NCBI GenBank assembly: GCA_963822585.1
Contig: CAWGIE010000031.1
Span: 128,001 to 192,000 of the forward strand
Reading direction: 5' to 3'
DNA from: an uncultured bacterium
Lineage (GTDB): Bacteria; Auribacterota; Erginobacteria; Erginobacterales; Erginobacteraceae
DNA: 64,000 bases
Notes under the pieces: model-generated
Seen by the model: the letters and a program-made list of their open reading frames with translations, nothing else
Database searches by the model: none
What the model was told of the DNA's origin: nothing
Program-made: the position numbers and the translations under genes
Part shown: positions 1 through 9,685 of the stretch, piece by piece
How positions within the stretch are numbered: position 1 is the first letter of the stretch
Layout: each line of letters begins with the position of its first letter

Positions 1-704
1 CCGCAATAGATAAGGCCGCAGAAAATCCAGGCCGGATATCTTTTCCAGGAGGCTTTGGAAAAGGTGATCTCCAGAAAGGCGGCGATCAGGATCCCCGCGG
101 TGACTAGAAGCTGGGTGTACATCACCAATTGAGCGAAATAAGCAACCACCCCCAGCAGAAGAAACCCTGGCCAACGCCACTTCCCCCGGACAAACCAGAG
201 ATAGATTCCGAGCTGGCCGGCGGTCAAGATGGGGGTGAAAGAGAAGTTGTTGGCGAACTGGCTGAAGACGATCGAGGTGATCGAGAACGAACCGAGCAGA
301 ACGGTCGCCCAGGTCGGGGCCGACCAGGGGCCGTAAAGGCGGGCGGCGATAAAACCGGTTAGCCCCACACCCAGGGCGAAAGCGGCGGCAAACCACCAGC
401 GCATCGCGGTAAAGTCGTGGCCGGTGAAGAGCTTGATCGCTTGACAGATGACATTGTAGGTGATGGTCATCGTGGAGGCCATATAGTATTGGGAGGTCTT
501 GTGGATCTGCCAGATGATGGCGGAAGGACCATCCCCAAGGGAGACCGGGGGACCGGGGTGAAAAGCTCCCAGCCAGTCGTCGAACTGGTACTGGATCTCC
601 CCCAGGCGGTACACCCGGGGGGAGAAGGCCAACCCGGCGGCGAGCAGGGCAACAACCAGGCAGCCGGAGAAACCCGTTAAAAAATTATTACGTCTATAGC
701 CCAC
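1..704 (-). CDS. Polytopic membrane protein, GT-C/ArnT-like (partial, runs off left edge)
   Basis: Not in the ORF track; hand-translated from GTG 704 (GGGAG upstream): VGYRRNNFLTGFSGCLVVALLAAGLAFSPRVYRLGEIQYQFDDW... Open to position 1 with several hydrophobic segments and an acidic DD after TM1. Confidence 0.6.
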   Translation of the reverse strand, partial: MGYRRNNFLTGFSGCLVVALLAAGLAFSPRVYRLGEIQYQFDDWLGAFHPGPPVSLGDGPSAIIWQIHKTSQYYMASTMTITYNVICQAIKLFTGHDFTAMRWWFAAAFALGVGLTGFIAARLYGPWSAPTWATVLLGSFSITSIVFSQFANNFSFTPILTAGQLGIYLWFVRGKWRWPGFLLLGVVAYFAQLVMYTQLLVTAGILIAAFLEITFSKASWKRYPAWIFCGLIYC

Positions 705-837
705 TGCTTTCTCCCGGGTCCAGTCCCACCTCAAAAATTTGGCATTCGATGCCTTGCTCGACGAGGGAGGAGGCGCAATAAGCTATCCACAAAGGGACGG
801 AGTATTCCACCTGATGCATGACGAAGGAAAACTTCAT
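694..837 (-). pseudogene. 47-aa fragment resembling the N-terminus of a cobalamin-binding domain (B12-dependent radical SAM type)
   Basis: Hand translation MKFSFVMHQVEYSVPLWIAYCASSLVEQGIECQIFEVGLDPGESSGL*. ATG lies 1 nt after the upstream stop. Resembles the PLG(I/L)AY(L)AS.L...G..V.I.D pattern. Confidence 0.4.
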
Positions 838-838
838 C

Positions 839-2965
839 TCACCTCCCGCCCCCGGATTCTTTCAGTGGCAAGGGCCAGACTTGAAATTGAAGGGCGGCGG
901 GTGGGACTGCAACCGGCCCGACGATTTCGGTCTCTCCTTCGGAGTTCACTTCCAACTCAATTTCCCCGGTCCGTCCGCGATCAGCCAGCGACCACGCTTG
1001 GAGCTGGAAACTCCATCCGTAGGTGTGCGGGAGATGGCTCCTCCCTGACCCGTCGCTCAGCGTGAGCAGACACGACCCGACCGGCAGGGGGGACACCCTG
1101 TACCAGACGTCATTGGAACCGGCCGCTTGGAGATCGGATCGGGAAAGCAGGGCCAGGCGCGCGGGCTCCGGCAATGTCTCCTGCCACCGGGCAGTCGTTC
1201 GCCAGGCGCCCGCGGGGAGAAGGGTGCGGTATGCTTCTCCGAACAGAGTCCGGTCCATTCTCCCGACCACTTCTTCACCGAGATCCGAACGCCAGACCGG
1301 CGGACTCATGGGGTTAACGGCCCCCCGGCGAAGGGTTCGAAGGTCATACCACCCGCGCCGGGGCATATCGGCCAGGGCAGCGGCCGGCGCTTCGTATTCG
1401 CCGGGGTTAAGTGACGCCGTCGCCACAAACTCCTCCTGGTTGCCGAGCAGATTCCGGGACTCGAAATCCTTCAGGTGCAGGACCGGGAACATCATCGAGA
1501 AAACCTGGTCGGCGTCGGTGTGCCATACCCGCAGCATAATATCCCAACGGGTGGAAATATCAAAACGGCGGGGACGGGGATAGGCGACGTAAATCGGCGA
1601 GGGGATATCGGCGGACCGGATGTAGCGCCCCAGGTCCAGGATATCCCGGACATATTCCCTCATTGCGGGAGTGAAGCCGAAATCGAACGGCATCGCCTCC
1701 ACCACCCACGCGCTGTGGCGGGCATTCGCCGCGGCGACCAGCAGGAACCCCGCCAAGGCGGCCGTCCAGAGACGGCTCCACCCTTTCCGGGCGCATTCGG
1801 CCAACACCGCGGCCAGGGGAAAGATCGACCAGAAAACCGGCAGGGTGTAGTAATAAGCCGGCATCTCCACAGACCCCGGCACGTAGGGGAACATGACCAG
1901 GCTCACCATCAGGTAGAAGAGGAAAGCGCAGGCCAGGGGGACAATGACCCGCCGGCGACATTTGAGCACGGCGGCAAAGACCAGAAACACACCCGCTGCA
2001 GCCAGGAGGAGGGTCCAGAGCGGCTCCGCGGGGTTCAGTCCCCAGTTCTCGCGGAGGTAGAACTCCATCCCCGCCAGGGTGAAGGACCGCAACCTCCCCA
2101 GCAGGAGCGGCAGACGGAGGAGATCGACGGGTGAATCGTCCCCCAGCCACATAGTCAGGGGTTCTTCTCCGATCAGTCTCCGCATCGCGGCCGGGTAGAG
2201 GAACCAGAAGAAGACCGCGTAGGCGGCGACCGTCCCGGCCAGGGTCGCGGCGAGCAGAAGAAGACGGCGGGAACCATAGGACCGGCGCTGGTGGAGAGCG
2301 ATGACCGCCATCGGAAACAGGGTGAACAGGACGAACTCGTGGCAGGTCAGGGCCACGAAGAAGGTCAACCCCAATCGGATCAGGGGACCGGATACGGCCG
2401 CGACCCGGCGCCAGCGAAGCAGCTCCCATAACATATAGGCCGAAAGAGCGGCCGAGAGCAACATATTGGGGCGGATCGGGTAGCGGCTGTCAAGCAGGAC
2501 CTGCGAGGTAAAAAGCCAGAAGCCGACCGCCGCCAGGGCGGCCGGGGCGCAGGCGAACCACTCCCTGGCCGCGAGAAACATGAGAACCGCGGTGATCAAT
2601 AGGAGCAGAACGTTGAGTGGTTCCCCCAGGAAAGGACCGGTCAGGGGATAGATCAACTGCCAGAACTTGGCCTGAAGGCCGTCGATCAGCTTGACCGTGT
2701 AGCGAGCTTCGTAGCCGCCTCCCCGGGCCAGGTTGCTCAGGGGCTTGAGCAGGTCAGAGCCGGTGAACCGGGAAAGCAGGGGCCCGTCCCGAATACCCGC
2801 TTGCAGGGAGTGATACCGCATGCGGAGCGTTTCCGGTTGTTGCCAGTCGAGGGGATGGAGCAGGAGAAAAAGGAAGAAGTGGGCCAGGGCCAGACCGGCA
2901 AAGATCGCCGATGTCCACCGAATGAAACGTGATGGCCAACAGGCTGTGTCAACTTTAGGGGTCAC
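839..2965 (-). CDS. Polytopic membrane protein with C-terminal soluble domain, putative GT-C glycosyltransferase
   Basis: 708-aa ORF, about 10-11 hydrophobic segments followed by a hydrophilic C-terminal half; glycan-locus context. Confidence 0.6.
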   Translation of the reverse strand: MTPKVDTACWPSRFIRWTSAIFAGLALAHFFLFLLLHPLDWQQPETLRMRYHSLQAGIRDGPLLSRFTGSDLLKPLSNLARGGGYEARYTVKLIDGLQAKFWQLIYPLTGPFLGEPLNVLLLLITAVLMFLAAREWFACAPAALAAVGFWLFTSQVLLDSRYPIRPNMLLSAALSAYMLWELLRWRRVAAVSGPLIRLGLTFFVALTCHEFVLFTLFPMAVIALHQRRSYGSRRLLLLAATLAGTVAAYAVFFWFLYPAAMRRLIGEEPLTMWLGDDSPVDLLRLPLLLGRLRSFTLAGMEFYLRENWGLNPAEPLWTLLLAAAGVFLVFAAVLKCRRRVIVPLACAFLFYLMVSLVMFPYVPGSVEMPAYYYTLPVFWSIFPLAAVLAECARKGWSRLWTAALAGFLLVAAANARHSAWVVEAMPFDFGFTPAMREYVRDILDLGRYIRSADIPSPIYVAYPRPRRFDISTRWDIMLRVWHTDADQVFSMMFPVLHLKDFESRNLLGNQEEFVATASLNPGEYEAPAAALADMPRRGWYDLRTLRRGAVNPMSPPVWRSDLGEEVVGRMDRTLFGEAYRTLLPAGAWRTTARWQETLPEPARLALLSRSDLQAAGSNDVWYRVSPLPVGSCLLTLSDGSGRSHLPHTYGWSFQLQAWSLADRGRTGEIELEVNSEGETEIVGPVAVPPAALQFQVWPLPLKESGGGR

Positions 2966-3698
2966 GTCGCACCAGAAGAGCCGCGGAGGTTCCGAAAGGC
3001 AGGCGGAGGTAGCGACCTATCCAGCGCTCGGCGCTCTCCAGCCAGTAGCTGATCGTGTTCGTCAGGTTGTTGCCGAGCGCCAGATCTGTGTTCTTTTGCG
3101 TAACATGCCTGCCCAGCATTCTTCGCACCAGAAAGGCGGGCACGAACATCAGAAGGTGTAGGTAAGTCCGGCGGAGCACCGTCACCGACCCATCCGCGAA
3201 AAGGTCGAGAAGGGCCCCCGTGGTATACCGCCGGCAACCGTTTTCGACCTCGTCGTGAGGGCCAAAAAGGCAGGGGAAAGCCGGCTCGACCAGTAGGATC
3301 ACCCCTCCCGGCCGGCAGAGACGGAAGGCTTCGTTAACTACCCGGCGCGGATCTTCAACGTCGCGCTGGTGAAGCAGGTCGGAACAGATCACAATATCGA
3401 ATATTCCGCCCTGGAAGGGGGCCGCTTTGGCGTCCCCGCAGATGCGGCCGTGAGGATTGGAGACGCAATAGGACAATGCCAGCGGCCGGATGTCCAGCAG
3501 CACGATCCGGATTGGGAGGGGGATCCTGGAGGAGCATACACCCGGGCCGCATCCCATATCCAGGAAACGGACACCAGCCCGGAGGTGCGGCTTTAGCAGG
3601 TCCAGGATCCAGGCGTAATGGACCCGGAACCACCAGTGCCAGTTCTGGAAAGCCACCATCTCCCGATAAAGATCGCTGTAATCCTTGCGGGCCTTCAT
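2955..3698 (-). CDS. Class I SAM-dependent methyltransferase
   Basis: LDMGCGPG motif I, FDIVICSDLLH, RLCRPGG, C-terminal LPFGTS. Start trimmed to ATG 3698. Confidence 0.85.
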   Translation of the reverse strand: MKARKDYSDLYREMVAFQNWHWWFRVHYAWILDLLKPHLRAGVRFLDMGCGPGVCSSRIPLPIRIVLLDIRPLALSYCVSNPHGRICGDAKAAPFQGGIFDIVICSDLLHQRDVEDPRRVVNEAFRLCRPGGVILLVEPAFPCLFGPHDEVENGCRRYTTGALLDLFADGSVTVLRRTYLHLLMFVPAFLVRRMLGRHVTQKNTDLALGNNLTNTISYWLESAERWIGRYLRLPFGTSAALLVRRDP

Positions 3699-4250
3699 CT
3701 TCACGTGGAACCCCGTGCCTGCCGACAGCTTTGTCCGGGATGAAAAAAATCTGGCCGGACAGCGGAAAACCCAGTTCCCGCCGGAAGCGCCGGAAATCGT
3801 ACCCAATTTTATCCGGTTCGAATTATTGTCAAAAAGAAGCTCCAAGTCAAGGTATCTTCAAACAAAATAGAGATGTCCTCTCTTGCTGAATCAACAACAT
3901 CCCATTGCCAGACCGGGACCAGGTCTCTCTTCATCATCTTGATGATCTCCCGGCTTCAGGACCCGGTCTTGAACTGCCGCCGGGGGGAGCGAGGTGTCAT
4001 CCGAGCGGGTCGACTGCTTTCCTGACGCCCTGCCGGACGGCCCCCCCCGGGGGAGGCATCGCGATTTTCTTCCGGTTCGGTCTCCGGCCACGAACAGTGA
4101 ACCGCCAACTTCCGTCGCTCTTCTTCTCCACTGTTACTTGGCTCATCCGTCCGGGACGCCCAATCTGTCACAACCCGCCTTCACACACCGCCACCCCTTC
4201 CGTTTCCAGACATTTTCCCCGTAAAAGGCGGCCGGACACGGGCCATATCC

Positions 4251-4279
4251 TTGACAAATGGCCGGGATGGACATAGTAT
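4251..4279 (+). promoter_or_regulatory. sigma70-type promoter TTGACA-N17-TAGTAT
   Basis: TTGACA 4251-4256 and TAGTAT 4274-4279, 7 nt before ATG 4287. Confidence 0.6.
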
Positions 4280-4286
4280 CCATACC

Positions 4287-4820
4287 ATGGTAACACCATC
4301 CGCAATCGCCTGGGGGACCGCCGGGTTCCTGGCGGCCCTCTTGCTCCACATCATTACCTGGAGGTGGAGAAAACCGCCGCGGGAGATGATGTGGCTGGTG
4401 ATAATCTTCATCCTCCTGCCGGGGTTGGCCTATGCGGGTATCTTGATCGTTAACTGGCGGGCGGCTTCGCCTGCGGTTTTTCCCGACAACCTGGGCTGGA
4501 AGTTACTCATCTCCTTTATCTGGCTGGGCGCCCTTTCCTCGGCCTATATAATGACCTACCCCCCGATCCAGGCTGGTTGCCCTTCGCTGAAGATCGTCCT
4601 CGAGGTACACCGAAACCGGCCGGGGGGGATGACCGTGGAGGAGATCAACGGACTTTTCCCCCGCGAAGCGATGTTCTCCGACCGTTTCGACGACCTGGTG
4701 GAGGACGGGCTGGTCTCCTGGGAATACGACGCCTGGGGGATCACCGGGACCGGGCGGTTGGTCGCCCGCTTTTTTCTCGCCTACCGCCGTATTCTCAAGC
4801 TCCCGATCGGAGAAGGATGA
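4287..4820 (+). CDS. Membrane protein, 3 TM plus winged-helix-like C-terminus
   Basis: Three hydrophobic segments, then SLKIVLEV...RFDDLVEDGLV...ITGTGR. Confidence 0.65.
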   Translation: MVTPSAIAWGTAGFLAALLLHIITWRWRKPPREMMWLVIIFILLPGLAYAGILIVNWRAASPAVFPDNLGWKLLISFIWLGALSSAYIMTYPPIQAGCPSLKIVLEVHRNRPGGMTVEEINGLFPREAMFSDRFDDLVEDGLVSWEYDAWGITGTGRLVARFFLAYRRILKLPIGEG

Positions 4821-5365
4821 TGCCGACCCCGTCGACCAACGCCCGAATCCTTTATCTTCTCCTGGTCCTCGCCTCCTGGTTCTTCCCCTTCGCGATCCAG
4901 GTGATTCTGGTCCGCTTTTTCGGACTTTACCGGGAGAAGGCCCTCCGCCAGAAGGGCCCGGCGGCGGCGACCCTGATCGGTATCCTCCCGGTGGGGGGGG
5001 TCTTCCTGGCCTGGCTACTCGTCTTCCCCGTCCGGTCGACCGGGGCGATTTTCTGGTCGGGTTTCTACCTCTTCTCCGTCTATCTCCTGGCGGCTTACGT
5101 TTATTTCCACATTTTCAATATGAGCGAGACCGCGCGGCGGATCCGGATCCTGGCCCACGGTCACCGGGCGGGAGAGGTAGCGAAAGACGAGATGATCCAG
5201 TCCTACACTTCCGAACAGATGATCAGCCTGCGGGTTGATCGGTTGGTGGCCTTGGAAGAAATCGCCCGGCGGGACGGGAGATATATCCCGGGGCGGATGA
5301 GGCTACTGCCGGCGGCGAAACTGGTCTTCTTTCTCCGTCGGATTATCTTCCCCGCCGATCAATAA
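4817..5365 (+). CDS. Membrane protein, 3 TM plus winged-helix-like C-terminus (architecture like upstream gene)
   Basis: ATGA overlap with the previous gene; SETARRIRIL...RVDRLVALEEI. Confidence 0.65.
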   Translation: MMPTPSTNARILYLLLVLASWFFPFAIQVILVRFFGLYREKALRQKGPAAATLIGILPVGGVFLAWLLVFPVRSTGAIFWSGFYLFSVYLLAAYVYFHIFNMSETARRIRILAHGHRAGEVAKDEMIQSYTSEQMISLRVDRLVALEEIARRDGRYIPGRMRLLPAAKLVFFLRRIIFPADQ

Positions 5366-5371
5366 GAATTT

Positions 5372-6472
5372 TCAGGAATAAAAATCCTCAAGGTTGGAGA
5401 TCACATACCGGACCTGTTCCTCCGCCAGATGCTGGTGCACCGGGAGGGAGAGGATTTTTTTCGCCTGGGCCTCGGCGACGGGGAAATCCCCCTTCCGATA
5501 TCCATATTTCCGTCCAGCCGCCATCAGGTGAATCGGGATCGGGTAATGGACCTTGGTCCCGATCCCCTTTTCCGCCAGATACGCGATCAGCCGCTCCCGT
5601 TCCTCGACCTGGATAACGTAGGTATGAAAGACCTGGCGGACGCCTTCCCGGCGGGACGGGATGACCACCTTCGGCGCCAGACCCGCCAGTCCCTCGTCGT
5701 AGATCCGGGCGAGATGGTTGCGGCGGGCGGTGACTTCGGAGATCCGGGGGATCTGGAGGGCGGCCACGGCGGCCTTGATCGAATCGAGACGGGAATTGAC
5801 GGCGAAGAAGGCGGCCTCGTCGCGGTCCGTGAGCCCGTGGTTGCGCCAGAGGAGAAGCTGGCGGTATATATCCTCGGAATCGGTGGTGATCACTCCCCCG
5901 TCACCGCAGGTGTTGAGGTTCTTCAAGGGGTGGAGGCTGAAGGCCCCGAGATCGCCCAGCGAGCCGGTCTTCCGATCGCCGATCGCCGCGTCCACCGCCT
6001 GGGCGGCGTCCTCGACCACGGAGAACCCGCGCCGGCTCGCGATGGCATTGATCTCGTCCATCCGGGCCGGGTTCCCGGTCAGGTGGACGGGGACGATCGC
6101 CTTCGTCCGGAGAGTGACCGCCGCCTCGATCTTTTCCACGTCGATATTATAGTCCGCGTCCGCGTCCACCAGGCGGGGGACCGCCCCGGCCTGGACGATC
6201 GCCCCCACCGTGGCAAGAAAGGTGTTGGGAACGGTGATCACCTCATCCCCCTCCCCCACCCCCAGCGCCTTCAGGGCCAGGAAGATGGCGTCGGTCCCGT
6301 TGGCGACGGAGACGGCGTATGCCACCCCGCAGAGGTCGGCGAATCCCCGCTCAAACTTCTCCACCGCCGGTCCCAGGATAAACTGACCATTGTCCAGTAT
6401 TTCGTGGATAACCTGGCGGATCTTCCGGTTTTCTCTAAACTGCGCCGAGAGGTCGAGATAGGGAACTTTCAT
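5372..6472 (-). CDS. DegT/DnrJ/EryC1/StrS PLP-dependent sugar aminotransferase
   Basis: NGTDA, VVEDAAQA, FSLHPLKNL (PLP lysine), GDGG, HYPIPIH. Start MKVPYLDL. Confidence 0.93.
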   Translation of the reverse strand: MKVPYLDLSAQFRENRKIRQVIHEILDNGQFILGPAVEKFERGFADLCGVAYAVSVANGTDAIFLALKALGVGEGDEVITVPNTFLATVGAIVQAGAVPRLVDADADYNIDVEKIEAAVTLRTKAIVPVHLTGNPARMDEINAIASRRGFSVVEDAAQAVDAAIGDRKTGSLGDLGAFSLHPLKNLNTCGDGGVITTDSEDIYRQLLLWRNHGLTDRDEAAFFAVNSRLDSIKAAVAALQIPRISEVTARRNHLARIYDEGLAGLAPKVVIPSRREGVRQVFHTYVIQVEERERLIAYLAEKGIGTKVHYPIPIHLMAAGRKYGYRKGDFPVAEAQAKKILSLPVHQHLAEEQVRYVISNLEDFYS

Positions 6473-7226
6473 TCTATTATTTTTTTCTCCGAAAAAATAA
6501 TACGTTAGAATCTCTTCCACGGAAGAGCAGTGATACCCGGGATAACCGGCATGATCTCTCTTATATTCGCAATTATTCTACCTTCTTTACCTCCGGATAT
6601 CTCCAACCATTTTTTCAATGAAGTCGCGCTTTTGGATGTGACCGTAGAAGTAGATTTTACTTCAAAGGGATACACTTCCCCGTTTCTTTCAACAATAAGA
6701 TCGACTTCCGGCCCACCTCGAGATCTCCAGTAATAGAGAGCCGGCATCTCTCCTCGATGTAAAAAGATCTTCAACCAGGAGGAGATAATCGCCGTTTCGA
6801 ATAATGCTCCCCAGAGAGGACCGTTTCGCAATAGTTCTTCCTGATGGAAACCGGTTAAAAATGATGCAAGTCCTGTATCGAGAAAATACAATTTGGGACT
6901 TTTTATAATCCGTTTTCGGTAATTCGCATAATAAGGCGGAAGCAAAAAAACCTGCCAGCTGGCTTCCAGTACCGACAGCCACCTCTTTGCCGTTGGAACA
7001 CTTATGCCTGTATCACCAGCCAGATTAGATAAATTTAACACCTGAGCCGTGCGTGCTGCACAGAGACGTAAAAATCTCTCGAATGAATTGAGATCGCCTA
7101 CATTAAGAATTTGGCGCACATCTCTTTCCAAATAGCTTTGAATATAGCTTCCGCACCAGAGTTGCCGATCCACATTCGGATTCGACCGAGGTTCGGGATA
7201 TGCGCCGCGCAATATCCAGTTAGCTA

Positions 7227-9103
7227 GACCTTACTCGAAAAGCTACTTTCAAGAAACAGCAAACCGAAGAATAATAGCATAATCGGGGGAGAAAAGGCAT
7301 AGTAAAAATGCCGCAATGTGCTACAATTAGCCAACTACCGCAAAATAGGAGGCTGAATATGCAAGCACACGCGGCACATCATAATCTACCATCTCCCCAC
7401 CTCCAGGGCAACCTATTTTTGCCGGTTCCCGACAGCGATTTCAGCGCTTTTCTGCAACAAAGCGAAGAATTAGTCAGATTTGCCCCTGAAATCCTGGCTG
7501 AAATCGATCGGGATTTGGATCAACGCGGGATAGGAAAGAAAATAAAGCGTTTTGCAGATAAACGGCATATGGAGGAGTTGACATCCGAATTGTCTGGCAT
7601 ACGGTTGGATGATTACAGTGTCAACGATTATGAGTACCAGCTTGAAGTAGGCCACCCCCGGATGCCGGCTTACCTGGTGTATATATTTTTGCAGATACGG
7701 GGCTATCTGGGTTCGGCAACCAACAGGGAGGCGGTAACCTTTATTCTGGAATCAATGTCGCTATATTCTTTCCTGCAGAGTCGAGGTTATAAGATGCCGG
7801 CACCAAACACGATCCTGGAGAACACCAATGCGGTTACGAACCGGACCCGGGAGTTGATCCTGGAAAAGCAGATTGCCTTGATCCGGGAAGAAGGACTGGA
7901 TGATTTTATAAAGACGACTTTCGATTCGACTCAGGTGGAGGCGAACTCCGCCTGGCCCACCGACTCAAGGATCTTGACGGGTTTGGTAACGCGAGCGCAC
8001 AAGTTGGGCCAGTTGCTGGAGAATTTTCAACTGCCGAATTTTTCGGTGTGGTGGATGCGGCAATGGCTGAAAAAGATGCGGAGATTGGATCTGGAGATTA
8101 ATCTGGCGTCAACCAAGTCCCGAATGAAAAACCGGAGAAAGAAGATACGGCAGTATTATCGTCGTCTGTTCGGTTTTGGCCGCCAGGCAATTGCTTATCT
8201 GGACGAGGAGTTGACGAAGTTGGAGGACACCTACCAGCCGTACGATTTTATCCTTCCCAGCCAGAGGCAGAGGCTGGAAAATTTATTGCAACAAATCCGT
8301 GAAGATATCGAGGATGCCGGGCGAGTGGTCGCCTATGCCGAAGAGCGTGTCTTCGCAGGCAAAGTCGTAAGTTCTCGGGATAAGATATTGAGTTTAGCGG
8401 ATAAATCGGCGGCTTATATCGAGAAGGGCGGCCGGGAAGCAGTGATCGGTTACAAGCCGCAGATTGCCAGGAGCGGGGAGGGATTTATTGTTGGACTGAT
8501 CGTCAGGGAGGGGAATCCAGCAGACAAGTCTGAGTTATTGCCTTTGTTTGACGAGGTGGTCGGACGGACGGGGATAGTCCCGGAGGTGGTCAGTGCGGAT
8601 GACGGTTATGCGTTTGGGGATGCCCGGGACACTATCCTTGAGCGGGGAGTGAAGGTAATGAGTTTGAGCGGATCGCGGGGGAAGAGAATAATCGGGGATA
8701 GAGATTGGGAGAGCGATGGATACCGGGAAGCCCGACGGATGCGATCGGCAGTTGAATCCCTGATGTTCGTCTTGAAGCACTGTTTTGAATTTGGACGTTT
8801 GGGCCGGCGGGGTCTGGAGGCGGTGCGCGCGGAGTTGCTGGAGAAGGCCATAGCCTACAATACCTGCCGGATTACATATTTGAAGAGGAGGGCAGAACAA
8901 GAGATTGTAAGTCAGGCCGCTTAAACAGCGGCCGCAAATAATTGTCAGAGAGAAAACACGGGAGGAGTGTTTCCGCGCTCAGTCCGGAAGAAGCAAATGG
9001 GCGATAAATCAGGCAGCAGATAGCACAGAAAACGCAAAATTCGGTGCTCTTGCCGGTTGAGGGAGAACAAGGGGGTGTGGCGGGGGGCTTTTCGAGTAAG
9101 GTC
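7227..9103 (+). mobile_element. Insertion sequence (ISNCY/IS5-like DDE), 1877 bp
   Basis: Perfect 17-bp TIR GACCTTACTCGAAAAGC at 7227-7243 and 9087-9103; TAGCTA duplicated at 7221-7226 and 9104-9109. Confidence 0.93.
7359..8924 (+). CDS. tnp: DDE transposase (ISNCY/IS5-related)
   Basis: FDSTQVEANSAWPTDS, SADDGY, RSAVESLM..LK motifs; AGGAGG before ATG 7359. Confidence 0.9.
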   Translation: MQAHAAHHNLPSPHLQGNLFLPVPDSDFSAFLQQSEELVRFAPEILAEIDRDLDQRGIGKKIKRFADKRHMEELTSELSGIRLDDYSVNDYEYQLEVGHPRMPAYLVYIFLQIRGYLGSATNREAVTFILESMSLYSFLQSRGYKMPAPNTILENTNAVTNRTRELILEKQIALIREEGLDDFIKTTFDSTQVEANSAWPTDSRILTGLVTRAHKLGQLLENFQLPNFSVWWMRQWLKKMRRLDLEINLASTKSRMKNRRKKIRQYYRRLFGFGRQAIAYLDEELTKLEDTYQPYDFILPSQRQRLENLLQQIREDIEDAGRVVAYAEERVFAGKVVSSRDKILSLADKSAAYIEKGGREAVIGYKPQIARSGEGFIVGLIVREGNPADKSELLPLFDEVVGRTGIVPEVVSADDGYAFGDARDTILERGVKVMSLSGSRGKRIIGDRDWESDGYREARRMRSAVESLMFVLKHCFEFGRLGRRGLEAVRAELLEKAIAYNTCRITYLKRRAEQEIVSQAA

Positions 9104-9685
9104 TAGCTATCGAGATCGTCGTCTCTATTTCAGGGGGAGAATGCAATAAATCATTTACCGTGAGGCTAGCCTTGGTGGCATCTGAGGCTTCATCCAGAGA
9201 AAAGGGCAGCAGGTTCAGAATAGCCACCCTCCCTGCCAATGACTGGCTAATTCCCTGCATTAAAGGAAATTGCTGAGAACCCGAGAGGAGCCATTGTCCT
9301 GGTCTTCGATCTTCATCAATAGCGGATTTTATGTAATTTAAAAAATCGGGGACGTACTGTATTTCATCTAAAATAATCGGCGGAGGATGTTGATTTAGAA
9401 ATCCTTTTGGATCCCTGAGTATCCTATCTCGTACATCGGGGTTTTCGAGTGATACATACCGATGGGTCGCCGACCACCGGGTTTTCAGTAAAGTTGTCTT
9501 TCCGGATTGCCGGGGACCGCTTACCAGAACCGCCGGAAAGGTTTCCATCGCCCGGCTAATGGCATGTTCTAAGTTCCTCTTTAGCATAGGCTTAATCTAT
9601 AATTTAGCAGATTTAAAGTCAAATATTAAATTTGCGTACTTAATCTCTTTCTTTCGCGATCAAAAACATTGGCGGGTAAAGCGAC

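Larger units (their letters stand above)
6505..9587 (-). pseudogene. AAA+ ATPase with DUF4143 domain, interrupted by IS (5' part 9104-9587, 3' part 6505-7220)
   Basis: GPRQSGKT Walker A, LDEIQ Walker B, KLYFLDTG, EVDLI..EVK. Removing the IS and one TAGCTA restores the frame (TISIANWILRGAYPE), giving 399 aa. Confidence 0.9.

Noticed and set aside
3850..4250. Possible gene remnant between the methyltransferase and the divergent promoter
   Set aside because: Only short ORFs with no recognisable family; not supportable.
5429..6508. Long antisense ORFs (also 21779-23005, 30148-31158, 37608-38576, 52697-53842)
   Set aside because: Shadow frames of high-GC genes with no recognisable motifs.
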